From Gemmatimonadota bacterium (GTDB lineage: Bacteria; Latescibacterota; UBA2968; UBA8231): 64,000 nucleotides of DNA. Positions within the stretch are counted from its first letter, which is position 1; each line of letters opens with the position of its first letter. A program made the translations under genes and the position numbers. Location: positions 64,001 to 128,000 of the forward strand of contig JAYOYH010000005.1 of assembly GCA_038153405.1 (NCBI GenBank). Direction: 5' to 3'. Positions 19,605-29,120 of the stretch are shown here, piece after piece. Under the pieces are notes generated by a model. The model did not search any database, had not been told where the DNA came from, and saw nothing but the letters and a program-made list of their open reading frames with translations.

Positions 19605-22205
19605 TCAGTAGACGACGACAATGGACCGCAAAGCCTCGGCGTTGTCGATTCCAGCACCAGCGGTTTTCGTAGCAACGCGCAGGCGCGCATAGTACACGCC
19701 CGGGACCACCATATCGCCCGCATCGCTGCGCCCATCCCAGCGCAGCACGCGCGCGCCCGTGCTCACCAAACGCTGCTCGACCAAGCGCCGCACCTGTCGA
19801 CCACTCAGGTCGTAGACGATTACCTCAGCCGGACTGCTATCGCCCACGCGAACAACAGTAAATTCAAATGCCGTCTCGTCGTTAACCCCGTCGCCGTTCG
19901 GAGAAAACACCTTGGGAGTCACCGACACATCGCGAATGAGCTGCTTGCTCCCTACAGCGCCCACTAGCGTGGTCGTATTGCCCTGACCCAGTGCGATGGC
20001 ATTGCCGGCATCCACCCGCTGCCACGCGCTGTTGGCACTGCTGCGCTGCTGCAGCGCGGGCCGCAACACCGCCCCCGTCGAGAAGAGGGTCGTGCGGAAG
20101 TCCAAGCGCAGCACATCGACATTGTCGCCTGGGCCAATAGAGGGGAAAGCCACTTGCAGACTGTCTCCTCCACTGTTCACCAGTTCGACATCAGCCACCG
20201 CCAATCCATCTACACCGAGCTCCTCGCCGATAAAATCCGCTTCTTTGCCGACGTAAAACCCAACGAAGTCGAGTGTCATGTCCGGCGGTGCAACCAGCAA
20301 TAATTCGTCAAACCCGCTATCACTGCGCGCGAAGTCGGGTCGGATATACAGCGAAAAGGGCTGCTCTACGCCCAGCGAATCCACCTGAAACGGAACGACC
20401 TCACCCACCAAACCCTGTGCCACCGGATCGACAAAATCGAGCCGAATCGAGCGCAATGCCGCGGCAGCGGCCGGGTCATCGGAGACCAACGTCGCCCGCA
20501 CCTTGAGATATTCGCGCGGCGATGGCGAAATGATCGGGCTACCCGACGCGAGCGGGTACGGCTCGCTCCAATCGCTCCAGTCGTTTCCAGGCACTTCCTC
20601 GGGAACGATCTCTCCTTTGAACAGCGATAACAGCTTGCCATACTGCGCCTCGGTAACCTCCGAGCCGTCTTTCTTGAAATAGTGCAGCACTTCGCCCAGC
20701 TCATTGCCGGTGCGGGTCTGAATCAGCACGCTCGTGCCCGGCGGCGTGTCGGCATCCCAGCGGATTGACAGCAGATTGCGACTGCCTCCGAGCCGGATCA
20801 AGTCCGACTCCAGTTCTACCCGCGGTTGCACACCCTGGCCGTAGAGCTGCATTTCGGCTACGGGGGCCTGCCCCGACCCCCTAAGGTTGCGCGCCTTGGC
20901 CTGCAGGCGAAAAAAGCGCGCCTTGACCGGCTCAAAAAGATTCCCCTCAATAATTTTCTTAGGCGTTGCATCTTGCTGGCGGAACAGCGCAGTAAACCAG
21001 TTCAGCTTGCCGTCTGGACCGAGCGACCCATCCGAGAAGTCCAGCTGGTAGTCGTAAAAGCTGCGCGCATGGACGTTGCCCGGATTGTAGACGAGGCGGT
21101 GCGTATCCACCCAAAAAAACGATCCTAAATCGAAAAACAGGTCTAAGTTCAAATCCAGCGGGTCGCTGATCTCGGCAATGTCGATGGCCAGTGTGCCAAA
21201 GCTTTGGATATTGCCGTCGATGACAGAAGCTGTATTGATTTGCTGGGTCGAGGTGATAAAACCGCCGCGCTCGACAGTGCCGCTGACAATCTCATCGCCC
21301 GTGGCCCAAACCTCTAGCTCCGCCAAGCGGGGGCGCTCGCGCATGAAATAGCGGACGGCTCCCTGGCGCTCTGCCTCCAACTGTTCGTAGACGCTCTGCT
21401 TGACCACCACCTCGCGCCCGTCGGTCAGCTTCTTGCTGTACTGGATCGCGCCCCGATCACCCGCTTCGAGCGCATCGTACGCTGCGCGATCAACTTCGCG
21501 ACCTCGCTGCAAATCGCTGCCGTTCACCACGACCTGCACAAAGCGCACTCCTTCGCTCTGCGCTTCGGGCACCTCGCTGAAGTCGATCTCAAATACGCGC
21601 TGGCTCTTGTTGGGCTGCAGGTGGCGCAGGACCGTCTTGAACTCAGGCGATTTCGAACCGGGTACGCGCACCGGATTCAGCCCGTTGGAAACGAGCACGT
21701 CGAACAGCAAAAAGGGGTCGCCCAACTCCTCATCGACGAATTTTAGCACCAGCTTTTCGACAAAGACAAAGCGACCCAGGTCGACAGTGAACCACCACTG
21801 CGACTGGAGGTCGACATCGGGCTGCAGCGGATCGGGTTCCCAGTAGGTCGACATATCGCCGTCGAGGATATGCAGTACGTCCTCGCGGTTGGACCCAGCC
21901 TGAATTGCATCGATCAATTGGATATCTTCGGCCGCTTTACTGCCCAGCGTCGGCGGCGGATGAAGGCGCAGCGATTCTAATATATTGAAGGATGCGTTGA
22001 TGTCCTTGTTGAGAACGCGGGGCATCACTTCGCCGGCAGAGGAGATGCGTAGCGTGCCGGCGGGGAAAATCCAGTTATTCCAATGGCGGCCTTCTACGAC
22101 GACCTGATTAGCCGCAATGCGATGGCCCTGTCCCTCCACTGCACTAATCGGTAGCAGCGCAATGCAACATACCCACTGAATAACGTTGCTCATCAATCGT
22201 CTCAT
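19605..22205 (-). CDS. Secreted multidomain protein A3 (paralog of A1 and A2)
   Basis: LDGDMSTYW, VDLGR, same core, C-terminal domain ending VVVY. Confidence 0.75.
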   Translation of the reverse strand: MRRLMSNVIQWVCCIALLPISAVEGQGHRIAANQVVVEGRHWNNWIFPAGTLRISSAGEVMPRVLNKDINASFNILESLRLHPPPTLGSKAAEDIQLIDAIQAGSNREDVLHILDGDMSTYWEPDPLQPDVDLQSQWWFTVDLGRFVFVEKLVLKFVDEELGDPFLLFDVLVSNGLNPVRVPGSKSPEFKTVLRHLQPNKSQRVFEIDFSEVPEAQSEGVRFVQVVVNGSDLQRGREVDRAAYDALEAGDRGAIQYSKKLTDGREVVVKQSVYEQLEAERQGAVRYFMRERPRLAELEVWATGDEIVSGTVERGGFITSTQQINTASVIDGNIQSFGTLAIDIAEISDPLDLNLDLFFDLGSFFWVDTHRLVYNPGNVHARSFYDYQLDFSDGSLGPDGKLNWFTALFRQQDATPKKIIEGNLFEPVKARFFRLQAKARNLRGSGQAPVAEMQLYGQGVQPRVELESDLIRLGGSRNLLSIRWDADTPPGTSVLIQTRTGNELGEVLHYFKKDGSEVTEAQYGKLLSLFKGEIVPEEVPGNDWSDWSEPYPLASGSPIISPSPREYLKVRATLVSDDPAAAAALRSIRLDFVDPVAQGLVGEVVPFQVDSLGVEQPFSLYIRPDFARSDSGFDELLLVAPPDMTLDFVGFYVGKEADFIGEELGVDGLAVADVELVNSGGDSLQVAFPSIGPGDNVDVLRLDFRTTLFSTGAVLRPALQQRSSANSAWQRVDAGNAIALGQGNTTTLVGAVGSKQLIRDVSVTPKVFSPNGDGVNDETAFEFTVVRVGDSSPAEVIVYDLSGRQVRRLVEQRLVSTGARVLRWDGRSDAGDMVVPGVYYARLRVATKTAGAGIDNAEALRSIVVVY

Positions 22206-22211
22206 AGCGTA

Positions 22212-24131
22212 TCAATAGGCCAGCGAAACGATGCGCTCGACGGCATCCGTACCCTGATCGGCAGCTATTTCCAAGCGCAGGATATACATGCCCGGCGGCA
22301 GCACCTTGCCCTCTTCGTCGCGGCCGTCCCATTGGGTAGAAAAACGACCGCTGGCAACGCTAGCCACCGGCACCGAACTAAGGCGCTGTCCCGATAGCGA
22401 GTAAATCTCGACCGTCGCCGGCACCGCACCTGCTAGGTTGAGCAAATCGTACTCAATGGTGACTCGATCGTTGACGCCATCGTTATTGGGCGTCAGCACC
22501 GGCGAAGATAAGTGCATTGTCTGAATAGTATTCGAGTCAAGTCCGGCCAAGTCCACCCGCAGCACGTCGCCGTCAAACAGGTCGTCGGCATTGCCCGGCG
22601 TCAGCGTCTGATATACCTCATCGGCCATCTCACTGTTGAACACCCGACCAGAAAACACGGTACCAAACTTAAAAACTTCGGCGCGAAAATCGACTTCGAT
22701 CAGCTCTTCTGTCTGCTGGATGCTGATCGGCGGAACGCGGACCGTAAACCCAGTATCATCTATGTTGACGAGTTCATATTCCTCTTCAATGCCGCCAATG
22801 CGCACCGCATCTACGCCAATGGCACGGGCCGGCGTGTCGATCGATATGCTATCGAAGCCCAAGTCGCCACTATCGAGATTCGGCTTGATCTTGTATGTGA
22901 ATGACGTAACCTCTCCCGCTGGCGCTCTATTCGGCTCGATTTCAGCCAGCGCTTCGCTGGCAATGGGTGGTATCGCCACAGAAAATTGCAGATAGTCGAG
23001 CTGGCCGCTGGCCTCTAGTCCGGAAAGAAAGTCGACCTTGAACTGCACAAATTGATGCGTTTTGTTGCCCACTAGATTGCCGCTCTCCGATTCAAAGTCG
23101 TAGGGCGTCGACCAAAAATTCCAATTCTCTGTATCGTGAGTAATCCCCGCTTTCTCACCCGATTCAAGCTTCTTGTAGTCAGCCAGCTTGAGGGGCCGAC
23201 CATTGGTGGCAAAGCGGGTGCGCTCATCGCCTCTGAACGTGAAGCGCCAATAGTTGTTGGGATCGTCGTCGTCACCAGCGCGCATCGCAATGTCGATCTT
23301 CGCCTCTTGGTCCTGGCGGCCCAGCCAAGTTAGCTGACCCAAGCTGGCTGGCTTGCCGAGGTCGATCACGTTAGAAACATAGTGGGCGAATGGGGCATAG
23401 CCGATACCAAAAATCTGGAATTCCGCGACTTCCCAGATCCCACGAGTATTTTCAAAGCCCTGAAACAGGATTTGCTTGATGGGGACCGGCGGCATTTCTA
23501 ACGTGATATCGGATACCGTGTTTTCGGTGATCTCGTGCGCTACGTCAAAGTTGACGAAGTGGCCGCGGGTGCCAAAATCGCGGTCGCGCGTGCCGTCCTT
23601 AAGCGGATCCCCGTCGCTAATGCCGATGACAAATTTTTGTATGAAGCGGTCGTGTTCGTGCTTTTCGCGTGGAAAAAAGCGAATTCGCTGGATCAGAAAG
23701 CGCCCACCAAAATCAAAAATCAAGTGCTTCTGCGGCGGCGCGTGGGCAGCAAAGTGCCCATCGCCCAGGTAGGCCGTGCCGGGATCCTCGTCAAAAAAGA
23801 CCAGATCCTCTTCGAGTCGGCGTTCCCAACCCGTCCAACCTAGTGCTAGGATCTGTCCCCCGTTGCTTTCGAGTGCAGGCGTGAGATTCACGCTGGGATC
23901 AAGCTCGCGCGGTTTGATATAGTCCGGGCTGACTTCTAGCAGTTCCAAGCTGCCGTGACGGGCTTCTTCTGCCTCGTCCCAGCTGAGCTGAACAAACTCA
24001 AAGTCTCCGCCGAACTCGGGTCGCGGCAGATTCTCACCGCCGATGCGGAAAATCGTGAGCGCATCTGCATTCGCCCCCCACCCCAACGCCAACGCAAACA
24101 GTGCGCTACCCAAAAGTCCGAAGCGATTCAT
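22212..24131 (-). CDS. Secreted protein B1: discoidin-like domain + core + FlgD-Ig/CHU_C-like C-terminal domain
   Basis: Likely start 24131 (GGAGA RBS; MNRFGLLGSALFALALGWGANADA signal peptide); FDFGG, WEVAE; LTPNNDGVND...WDGRDEEG...SLAY. Confidence 0.75.
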   Translation of the reverse strand: MNRFGLLGSALFALALGWGANADALTIFRIGGENLPRPEFGGDFEFVQLSWDEAEEARHGSLELLEVSPDYIKPRELDPSVNLTPALESNGGQILALGWTGWERRLEEDLVFFDEDPGTAYLGDGHFAAHAPPQKHLIFDFGGRFLIQRIRFFPREKHEHDRFIQKFVIGISDGDPLKDGTRDRDFGTRGHFVNFDVAHEITENTVSDITLEMPPVPIKQILFQGFENTRGIWEVAEFQIFGIGYAPFAHYVSNVIDLGKPASLGQLTWLGRQDQEAKIDIAMRAGDDDDPNNYWRFTFRGDERTRFATNGRPLKLADYKKLESGEKAGITHDTENWNFWSTPYDFESESGNLVGNKTHQFVQFKVDFLSGLEASGQLDYLQFSVAIPPIASEALAEIEPNRAPAGEVTSFTYKIKPNLDSGDLGFDSISIDTPARAIGVDAVRIGGIEEEYELVNIDDTGFTVRVPPISIQQTEELIEVDFRAEVFKFGTVFSGRVFNSEMADEVYQTLTPGNADDLFDGDVLRVDLAGLDSNTIQTMHLSSPVLTPNNDGVNDRVTIEYDLLNLAGAVPATVEIYSLSGQRLSSVPVASVASGRFSTQWDGRDEEGKVLPPGMYILRLEIAADQGTDAVERIVSLAY

Positions 24132-24169
24132 AACATTCTCCATCCGGGAATACCCGTTTACACAATCGG

Positions 24170-26083
24170 TCAATACGCCACCGAAACGATGCGTTCTCTA
24201 ACGGCCGTGCCACCGTCTGTTTGCACTGCGAGGCGGACGATATACATCCCGGGCGGCAACACCGTCCCGCTGGCATCGCGTCCGTTCCAAGCCATGGAAA
24301 ACCGACCGCTCTCAGCAGTCCCCGAGGAAATGGCAGCCAAGCGTCGACCCGATAGATCGTATATTTCGATCATCGCCGGCACAGTCCCCATCAAATTGAG
24401 CAGGTCGTATTCTATCTCGACTTCGTCGTTGATGCCATCGCCGTTAGGTGTTAGCACCGGTGAAGACAGGCTCATGGCCTGAATAGTCGGCTGCGATAGA
24501 CCCTGCAAATCAACCCGCAGCGCATTGGCATCGACCAGAGGGTCCGCATCGCCCGGCGTCACCGTCTGATGCACTTCCTGTGGGCGCTCGCTGTCAAAGA
24601 CTCGTCCCGAAAATACAGTGCCAAATTTAAACACCTCTGCCTGAAATTCGACTTCGATCAACTCCCCCGTTTGATCGGTGTCTATCCGGGGAATGCGGAC
24701 GGTAAATCCGCCGTCGTCTAGAGCGGCCACTTCAAAGCGAGCCTCTATGCCTCCGACGCGCACCGCGTCGATGCTAACGGGCCGAGCCGGCGTATCGATG
24801 GAAATGCTATCAAAGCCGAGATCATCGGCCTTGAGGCGGGGCTTGATTTTGTAAATAAAGGGAGCGACCGTCCCCGCAGGCACCTGATTGGGCGTTATCT
24901 CAGCCATGACCTCATTGGCCACCGGCGGAATGGAAACCTTGAATTGCAGATAGTCGAGTTGACCGCCAGTGGCTAAGCTCGACGTAAAATCAGCTTTAAA
25001 CTGCACGAACCGACGCGGTTTGCTGCTTATGAGATCGCCGCCCAACGCACCGAACTCATAGGGAGTCGACCAAAAGTCCCAATTCTCCGTATCGTGGGTA
25101 ATCCCCGCCTTTTCGCCCGAATCTAGCTTGTTGTAGCTCTTGAGCACCAGCGGCACCCCGTTGACATCAAAGCGCGCGCGCTCGTCACCCCTGAAAGTAA
25201 AACGCCAGTAGTTGTTGGGATCTTCGTCGTCGCCAGCGCGCATGGCAATATCGACCCCAGAAGCGGCCGCTTGGCGGCCAGACCACACCACCTCACCGAG
25301 ACTGGCCGGAGCGCCGAGGTCGATTATGTTGGATATATAGCTGGACTGCGGAGCAAAACCAATACCGTAGAGCGCTAACTCGGCGACCTCCCATATCCCA
25401 CGCGCGTTTTCCGGCGCTTCAAACAGCAGCATGCGCACAGGCACCTGCGGCAGCTTCAGATTGAGCTGTGACTCTGTATTCTCAAATAGCTGGTGGGCGA
25501 TATCAAAATCGAAGTACTGATCTCTATGTCCAGATACAAATTCACGCGTGCCGTCTTTGAGTGGGTCTCCATCGTTTAACCCAATGGTCAGCGTCTCTAT
25601 AAAGCGATCGTTGAGAAAGCGATCGCGCGGCGACAGTTCAATGCGATCCAGGAGAAAAACGCCGCCCAGATCGAAGATCATCGATTTCTGGCGTATGACT
25701 CCGTAGTCGCCACCCCAATCGCCGTCGCCGAGAAAGGCCGTGGCGGGATCGCCGTCAAACATCTTGAGATCGCGGCCAAAGGCCGGCCCCCACCCCGTCC
25801 AAGTCAACGAGAGAATGCGACCGCCCAGTGCCTCGAGTTGCGGCGTGAGGTTAACCGTCGGATCGAGCTGCTGCGGCCCGATAAAATCCGGAGCAATTTG
25901 CAGGAGGTAGGCACTGCCGTGGCGAGCGGGATCGACCTCCGACCAAGACATCTGCACAAAATCGTAGGGCGCGTCCAACTCGGGCTGCGGAACGCCCTCT
26001 CCGCCGATTCGATAAATCGTAACAGCACTGGCCGGCTGTATGACGGCGAGACAGAAAATGGCAAACCATCCCCATATTCTCAT
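24170..26083 (-). CDS. Secreted protein B2 (paralog of B1)
   Basis: Signal peptide; FDGDPATAF, FDLGG, shared 'MRAGDDxDPNNYWRFTFRGDER' and 'GEKAGITHDTENW'; LTPNGDGIND...WNGRD...SVAY. Confidence 0.75.
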   Translation of the reverse strand: MRIWGWFAIFCLAVIQPASAVTIYRIGGEGVPQPELDAPYDFVQMSWSEVDPARHGSAYLLQIAPDFIGPQQLDPTVNLTPQLEALGGRILSLTWTGWGPAFGRDLKMFDGDPATAFLGDGDWGGDYGVIRQKSMIFDLGGVFLLDRIELSPRDRFLNDRFIETLTIGLNDGDPLKDGTREFVSGHRDQYFDFDIAHQLFENTESQLNLKLPQVPVRMLLFEAPENARGIWEVAELALYGIGFAPQSSYISNIIDLGAPASLGEVVWSGRQAAASGVDIAMRAGDDEDPNNYWRFTFRGDERARFDVNGVPLVLKSYNKLDSGEKAGITHDTENWDFWSTPYEFGALGGDLISSKPRRFVQFKADFTSSLATGGQLDYLQFKVSIPPVANEVMAEITPNQVPAGTVAPFIYKIKPRLKADDLGFDSISIDTPARPVSIDAVRVGGIEARFEVAALDDGGFTVRIPRIDTDQTGELIEVEFQAEVFKFGTVFSGRVFDSERPQEVHQTVTPGDADPLVDANALRVDLQGLSQPTIQAMSLSSPVLTPNGDGINDEVEIEYDLLNLMGTVPAMIEIYDLSGRRLAAISSGTAESGRFSMAWNGRDASGTVLPPGMYIVRLAVQTDGGTAVRERIVSVAY

Positions 26084-26138
26084 GATTCAATTACCTCGCT
26101 CAGCAGCGTGAGGGTAACAGCCCAAAAATCGCTACAAC

Positions 26139-26167
26139 ATTATATAATAAAAAAGAGGGGAGATCAA
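26139..26167 (-). promoter_or_regulatory. Putative sigma70 promoter for the B2-B1-A3-A2-A1 gene run
   Basis: Minus strand TTGATC (26167-26162), 17-nt spacer, TATAAT (26144-26139); GAGGT RBS upstream of ATG 26083. Confidence 0.65.
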
Positions 26168-26185
26168 CCGCGATCTCCCCTCTTT
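26146..26185 (-). terminator. Rho-independent terminator downstream of 26225-27133
   Basis: Perfect 14-bp inverted repeat AAAGAGGGGAGATC (26152-26165) / GATCTCCCCTCTTT (26172-26185), 6-nt loop, T-tract on the minus strand. Confidence 0.85.
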
Positions 26186-26224
26186 CAATATGGTCTAAGA
26201 CCAACTTACAAGCGCTACATCAGG

Positions 26225-27133
26225 CTAGCGAGCAACCGAAGCCTTGATTTGACCCCAGCTGTCATTCTCGACGGCAGTCGGCAGGTTAGCCGTGTCGACC
26301 GGGAGAAGGATAAAATCGCTGAAGGAGCTGGCATTGCCGAAGATATCCGACTGGCCACCCAAAACCCACTTCCAGGTCTTGGGATCATCTTCGGTGCCGT
26401 TGTCGTTATCGACGACCTGCAGACCGGCACCGACGATCTCGCCTTCGACAAAGTCGTGGCGGACGCTCTGATCCGGACCGGCAAAGTTGAAATCGTCCCA
26501 AGCGACCGTGTACCACTCGGCCTGAATCGTGGCCTCAGAGCCGTGCACACCGTCCAGCGTGAACGAATCGGTGCAGCAAGAATGAGGCTCTTCGTCGTGC
26601 CAGTCAGCGGTGGTCATCCAGAACCAGTACCAGCCGAAGGGCTCAAGAGCCGGCCAACGGTAGTGACCCGTCTGGGCCTGACGACCGCGCGTGCGCAGCG
26701 CTTCTTCTTCGGTCTGGCCTTCCTGGCTCCAGAACCAGTCGCCGCTGTGATCGGCGTCAAGACCGACCTCAATGCTATCGTCCTGACCGCAGCAGCCAAC
26801 ACCGCCCGCATCGCGGTCCCACACGTTGTCGTAGCGATCGTACACGTAGTAAATGCGATCCAGCTCGTCGTTCCAACCCATTGCAAAGCGGAACCACAGG
26901 TCAGAAGTATCTACGGGCTTACCGCTACCATCATCAACGGCGAAAAGGTCGCCATTGATCTCGAGCCACAGTTCGGACGGCAAGACATCCCATTCGGAAA
27001 TATCACCATCCAAATTGGGAAGGTGCGACGTCGGCCAGTTCCAAGCGCCGAAGATGAGACCCTCGGGAACGTGTGCCGAAGCGGGCGCTGCAGACAACGC
27101 TGCGACGGCCGCCAGTGCAATCAGCTTCTTCAT
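26225..27133 (-). CDS. Secreted CBM9/DOMON-like protein with C-terminal 'TAVENDSWGQIKA' tail
   Basis: Start 27133 (AGGAGG RBS; MKKLIALAAVAALSAAPASA-H); PNLDGDISEW, GWNDELDRIY, EVGLDADH, VVDND; paralog of 9003-9863. Confidence 0.65.
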   Translation of the reverse strand: MKKLIALAAVAALSAAPASAHVPEGLIFGAWNWPTSHLPNLDGDISEWDVLPSELWLEINGDLFAVDDGSGKPVDTSDLWFRFAMGWNDELDRIYYVYDRYDNVWDRDAGGVGCCGQDDSIEVGLDADHSGDWFWSQEGQTEEEALRTRGRQAQTGHYRWPALEPFGWYWFWMTTADWHDEEPHSCCTDSFTLDGVHGSEATIQAEWYTVAWDDFNFAGPDQSVRHDFVEGEIVGAGLQVVDNDNGTEDDPKTWKWVLGGQSDIFGNASSFSDFILLPVDTANLPTAVENDSWGQIKASVAR

Positions 27134-27221
27134 TGGTAACCTCCTGGTCAGAAGCGGTGGTAAAACGAGCAACACAAGTGCAAGAACTATCATACGCATA
27201 TACTAAGCGAAACTCGTGGGC

Positions 27222-27250
27222 AATCTAAATTGTCTTCTAATACATGTCAA
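27222..27250 (-). promoter_or_regulatory. Putative sigma70 promoter for the gene starting at 27133
   Basis: Minus strand TTGACA (27250-27245), 17-nt spacer, TAGATT (27227-27222). Confidence 0.65.
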
Positions 27251-27311
27251 GCTAATTTTTTCCGCATCCGCCGGGTTTATTATCTCTTTTCCATGGGGGC
27301 AGATAGCAGTA

Positions 27312-29051
27312 TCAGGAATCTCCTTTTACGGGCGTACCCGTCGCCCAAGGCATCGCACTACGACTCAGCTCCTTGCGCAGGGCGACTTGCTGCAGTTGGC
27401 GCGCCTTGTCGAGATATTTTTCCATTTCCTTGGGTTTTCCCTGACGCCCATAGGCTTTGCCCAACGCCAGATAGGCCCGCTCATATCCGTCGTCGAGTTC
27501 GACGGCCAGCTTGAAGGCCGCAACGGCTTTATCAAACCGGCCCATCTGAAAATACTCTACGCCCAGATTGTAATGCGCCGGCGCAAAGTCAGCATCGCGC
27601 GCCAGCGCCTGTTTGTGATAGCGGATGGCTTGCTGACGCTGCCCCGCCACCGAATAGGCAATCCCCAAATGGGTGTAGGCGGTAGCATAGCTGCTGTCGA
27701 TGGCAAGCGCCCTTTTGTGCGAGGCAATGGCCTGCTCCACTTTTCCCTCGCGACTGTAGGCCACACCGAGGTCGTCGTGCACCTTGGCCACCTCCGGTGT
27801 CAGGCGCGCCAGGTACTCTTTGGCATCCAACGTCGACATCGAGTACGTCGCATCTGTCCAAGCAAAAAACAGAATGGGCACGCCGAAGTACACCAGTTGC
27901 TTGCCCGTCTCGAACACGTAGGAAAACCCCGGCCACCGGTTGCCCAACGAACGCAGGCGATCCACAATCCCCAAGCGCACGTCGGCTTCGTCTGCGGCCA
28001 CTTCGTCGGCGACGAAGTTCTGGCGAATTTCCCTCTTGTGCACCTTCCACATGAATCCATCGTAGTAGTAGTGCATAAAGGCCGTGGTTGCGATCAATAC
28101 CTTGACCAAGTCGTATATCAGGTAGTTCTCAGTCGCTCGCGCCATCGCCTCTACACCACCATAGGCTAAAATCAACGCCAAATAGATCAGGATGATGCGA
28201 AAGCGACCATCGGCAAAAAGAAAGCGAAAGAACGATGAGCCCAATCTTTCTGAGCGCTTTAGGACGCCGTGGTTATAGATCCAGACAATAGCAAAGTACT
28301 GTATGTCGTGCGCGAGTGCGGTCATCGCGTATCCCAAAATGACGTCATCCATCACGATATAGGCATAGTAAACAGTGAGAAATGTAGTCGCCGTAATGGC
28401 CAGCTTAGGCCAGACGATGGGGGCTCCCTGCCTGCTCGAACGCACTAGATGGACTACGTAGGCCACGGATATGGCCACGGCCAGAACGAGTAGCCCCTGC
28501 CGCAGCAGGGAAACGTATTCGGGTTGAAACCAGGTGTACAACCCGAAGCCGTAGCGGTGACAGCGCTCCATAAAATTGACGAGATAGTGCGGGCTGGCGA
28601 CGACGATGTAGGTAAAGCATATCGCCGTGAGCAACCAGTCGAATCGGCCGCTCAAACGGGAAGGCTTGTGGCGTTTAACCTCGTATATGCGCATAAAACC
28701 GTAGTGCTGCATAAAGAAGTGCCACATGTCCCACAGGGCGAGAAATATAAAGAAGCCCAGATGGCCGTTGAAGACGCTCCATCCCACACAGGCGACGATG
28801 ACCAGCGGAGATATGATAAAGCGAGCCTTGTAACGATCGAAGAGTTCGCGCTCGCCATAGGCTCGCATCAGACCGGGCAAGTGATGCCCAACGGCGAAAA
28901 AAGCCAGGACAAAGAGGGCGATGTCAAAGGAGCTAAAGTAGTTGGACGCCGCCTGCAAGAGGACCAGCGAAAGCAGAGGCGTACCGATGAAGAACAGCGA
29001 ATCGCTGACCCGGTTGATGATCCAGCCCTGGGAGGCGCTACTGTTGCCCAT
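27312..29051 (-). CDS. His-rich polytopic membrane protein with C-terminal TPR repeats
   Basis: Likely start 29051; about ten hydrophobic segments with GHH, WHFFMQHYG, AHDIQY and HYYYDGFMW; then TPRs (HDDLGVAY, YTHLGIAY, HYNLGVEY, YLALGKAY). Confidence 0.7.
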   Translation of the reverse strand: MGNSSASQGWIINRVSDSLFFIGTPLLSLVLLQAASNYFSSFDIALFVLAFFAVGHHLPGLMRAYGERELFDRYKARFIISPLVIVACVGWSVFNGHLGFFIFLALWDMWHFFMQHYGFMRIYEVKRHKPSRLSGRFDWLLTAICFTYIVVASPHYLVNFMERCHRYGFGLYTWFQPEYVSLLRQGLLVLAVAISVAYVVHLVRSSRQGAPIVWPKLAITATTFLTVYYAYIVMDDVILGYAMTALAHDIQYFAIVWIYNHGVLKRSERLGSSFFRFLFADGRFRIILIYLALILAYGGVEAMARATENYLIYDLVKVLIATTAFMHYYYDGFMWKVHKREIRQNFVADEVAADEADVRLGIVDRLRSLGNRWPGFSYVFETGKQLVYFGVPILFFAWTDATYSMSTLDAKEYLARLTPEVAKVHDDLGVAYSREGKVEQAIASHKRALAIDSSYATAYTHLGIAYSVAGQRQQAIRYHKQALARDADFAPAHYNLGVEYFQMGRFDKAVAAFKLAVELDDGYERAYLALGKAYGRQGKPKEMEKYLDKARQLQQVALRKELSRSAMPWATGTPVKGDS

Positions 29052-29120
29052 CGTCAAATACCTGCAAAAGCCTTTGGGAATAGGGGTAGAACCGGCACCG
29101 CACCGGCTCATCGGATAAAG

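Noticed and set aside
14344..26083. Diversity-generating retroelement or gene-conversion cassette behind the paralog variation
   Set aside because: No reverse transcriptase or recombinase in the window; the repeats differ mostly at synonymous sites of all bases, not adenine-specifically, and identical DNA runs are short.
25838..27139. 433-aa plus-strand ORF
   Set aside because: Antisense shadow of the CBM9-like gene, which has a promoter, RBS, signal peptide, terminator and paralog; it also runs through the terminator and overlaps B2.
27216..28169. 317-aa plus-strand ORF
   Set aside because: Antisense to the TPR region of 27312-29051; no recognisable motifs.
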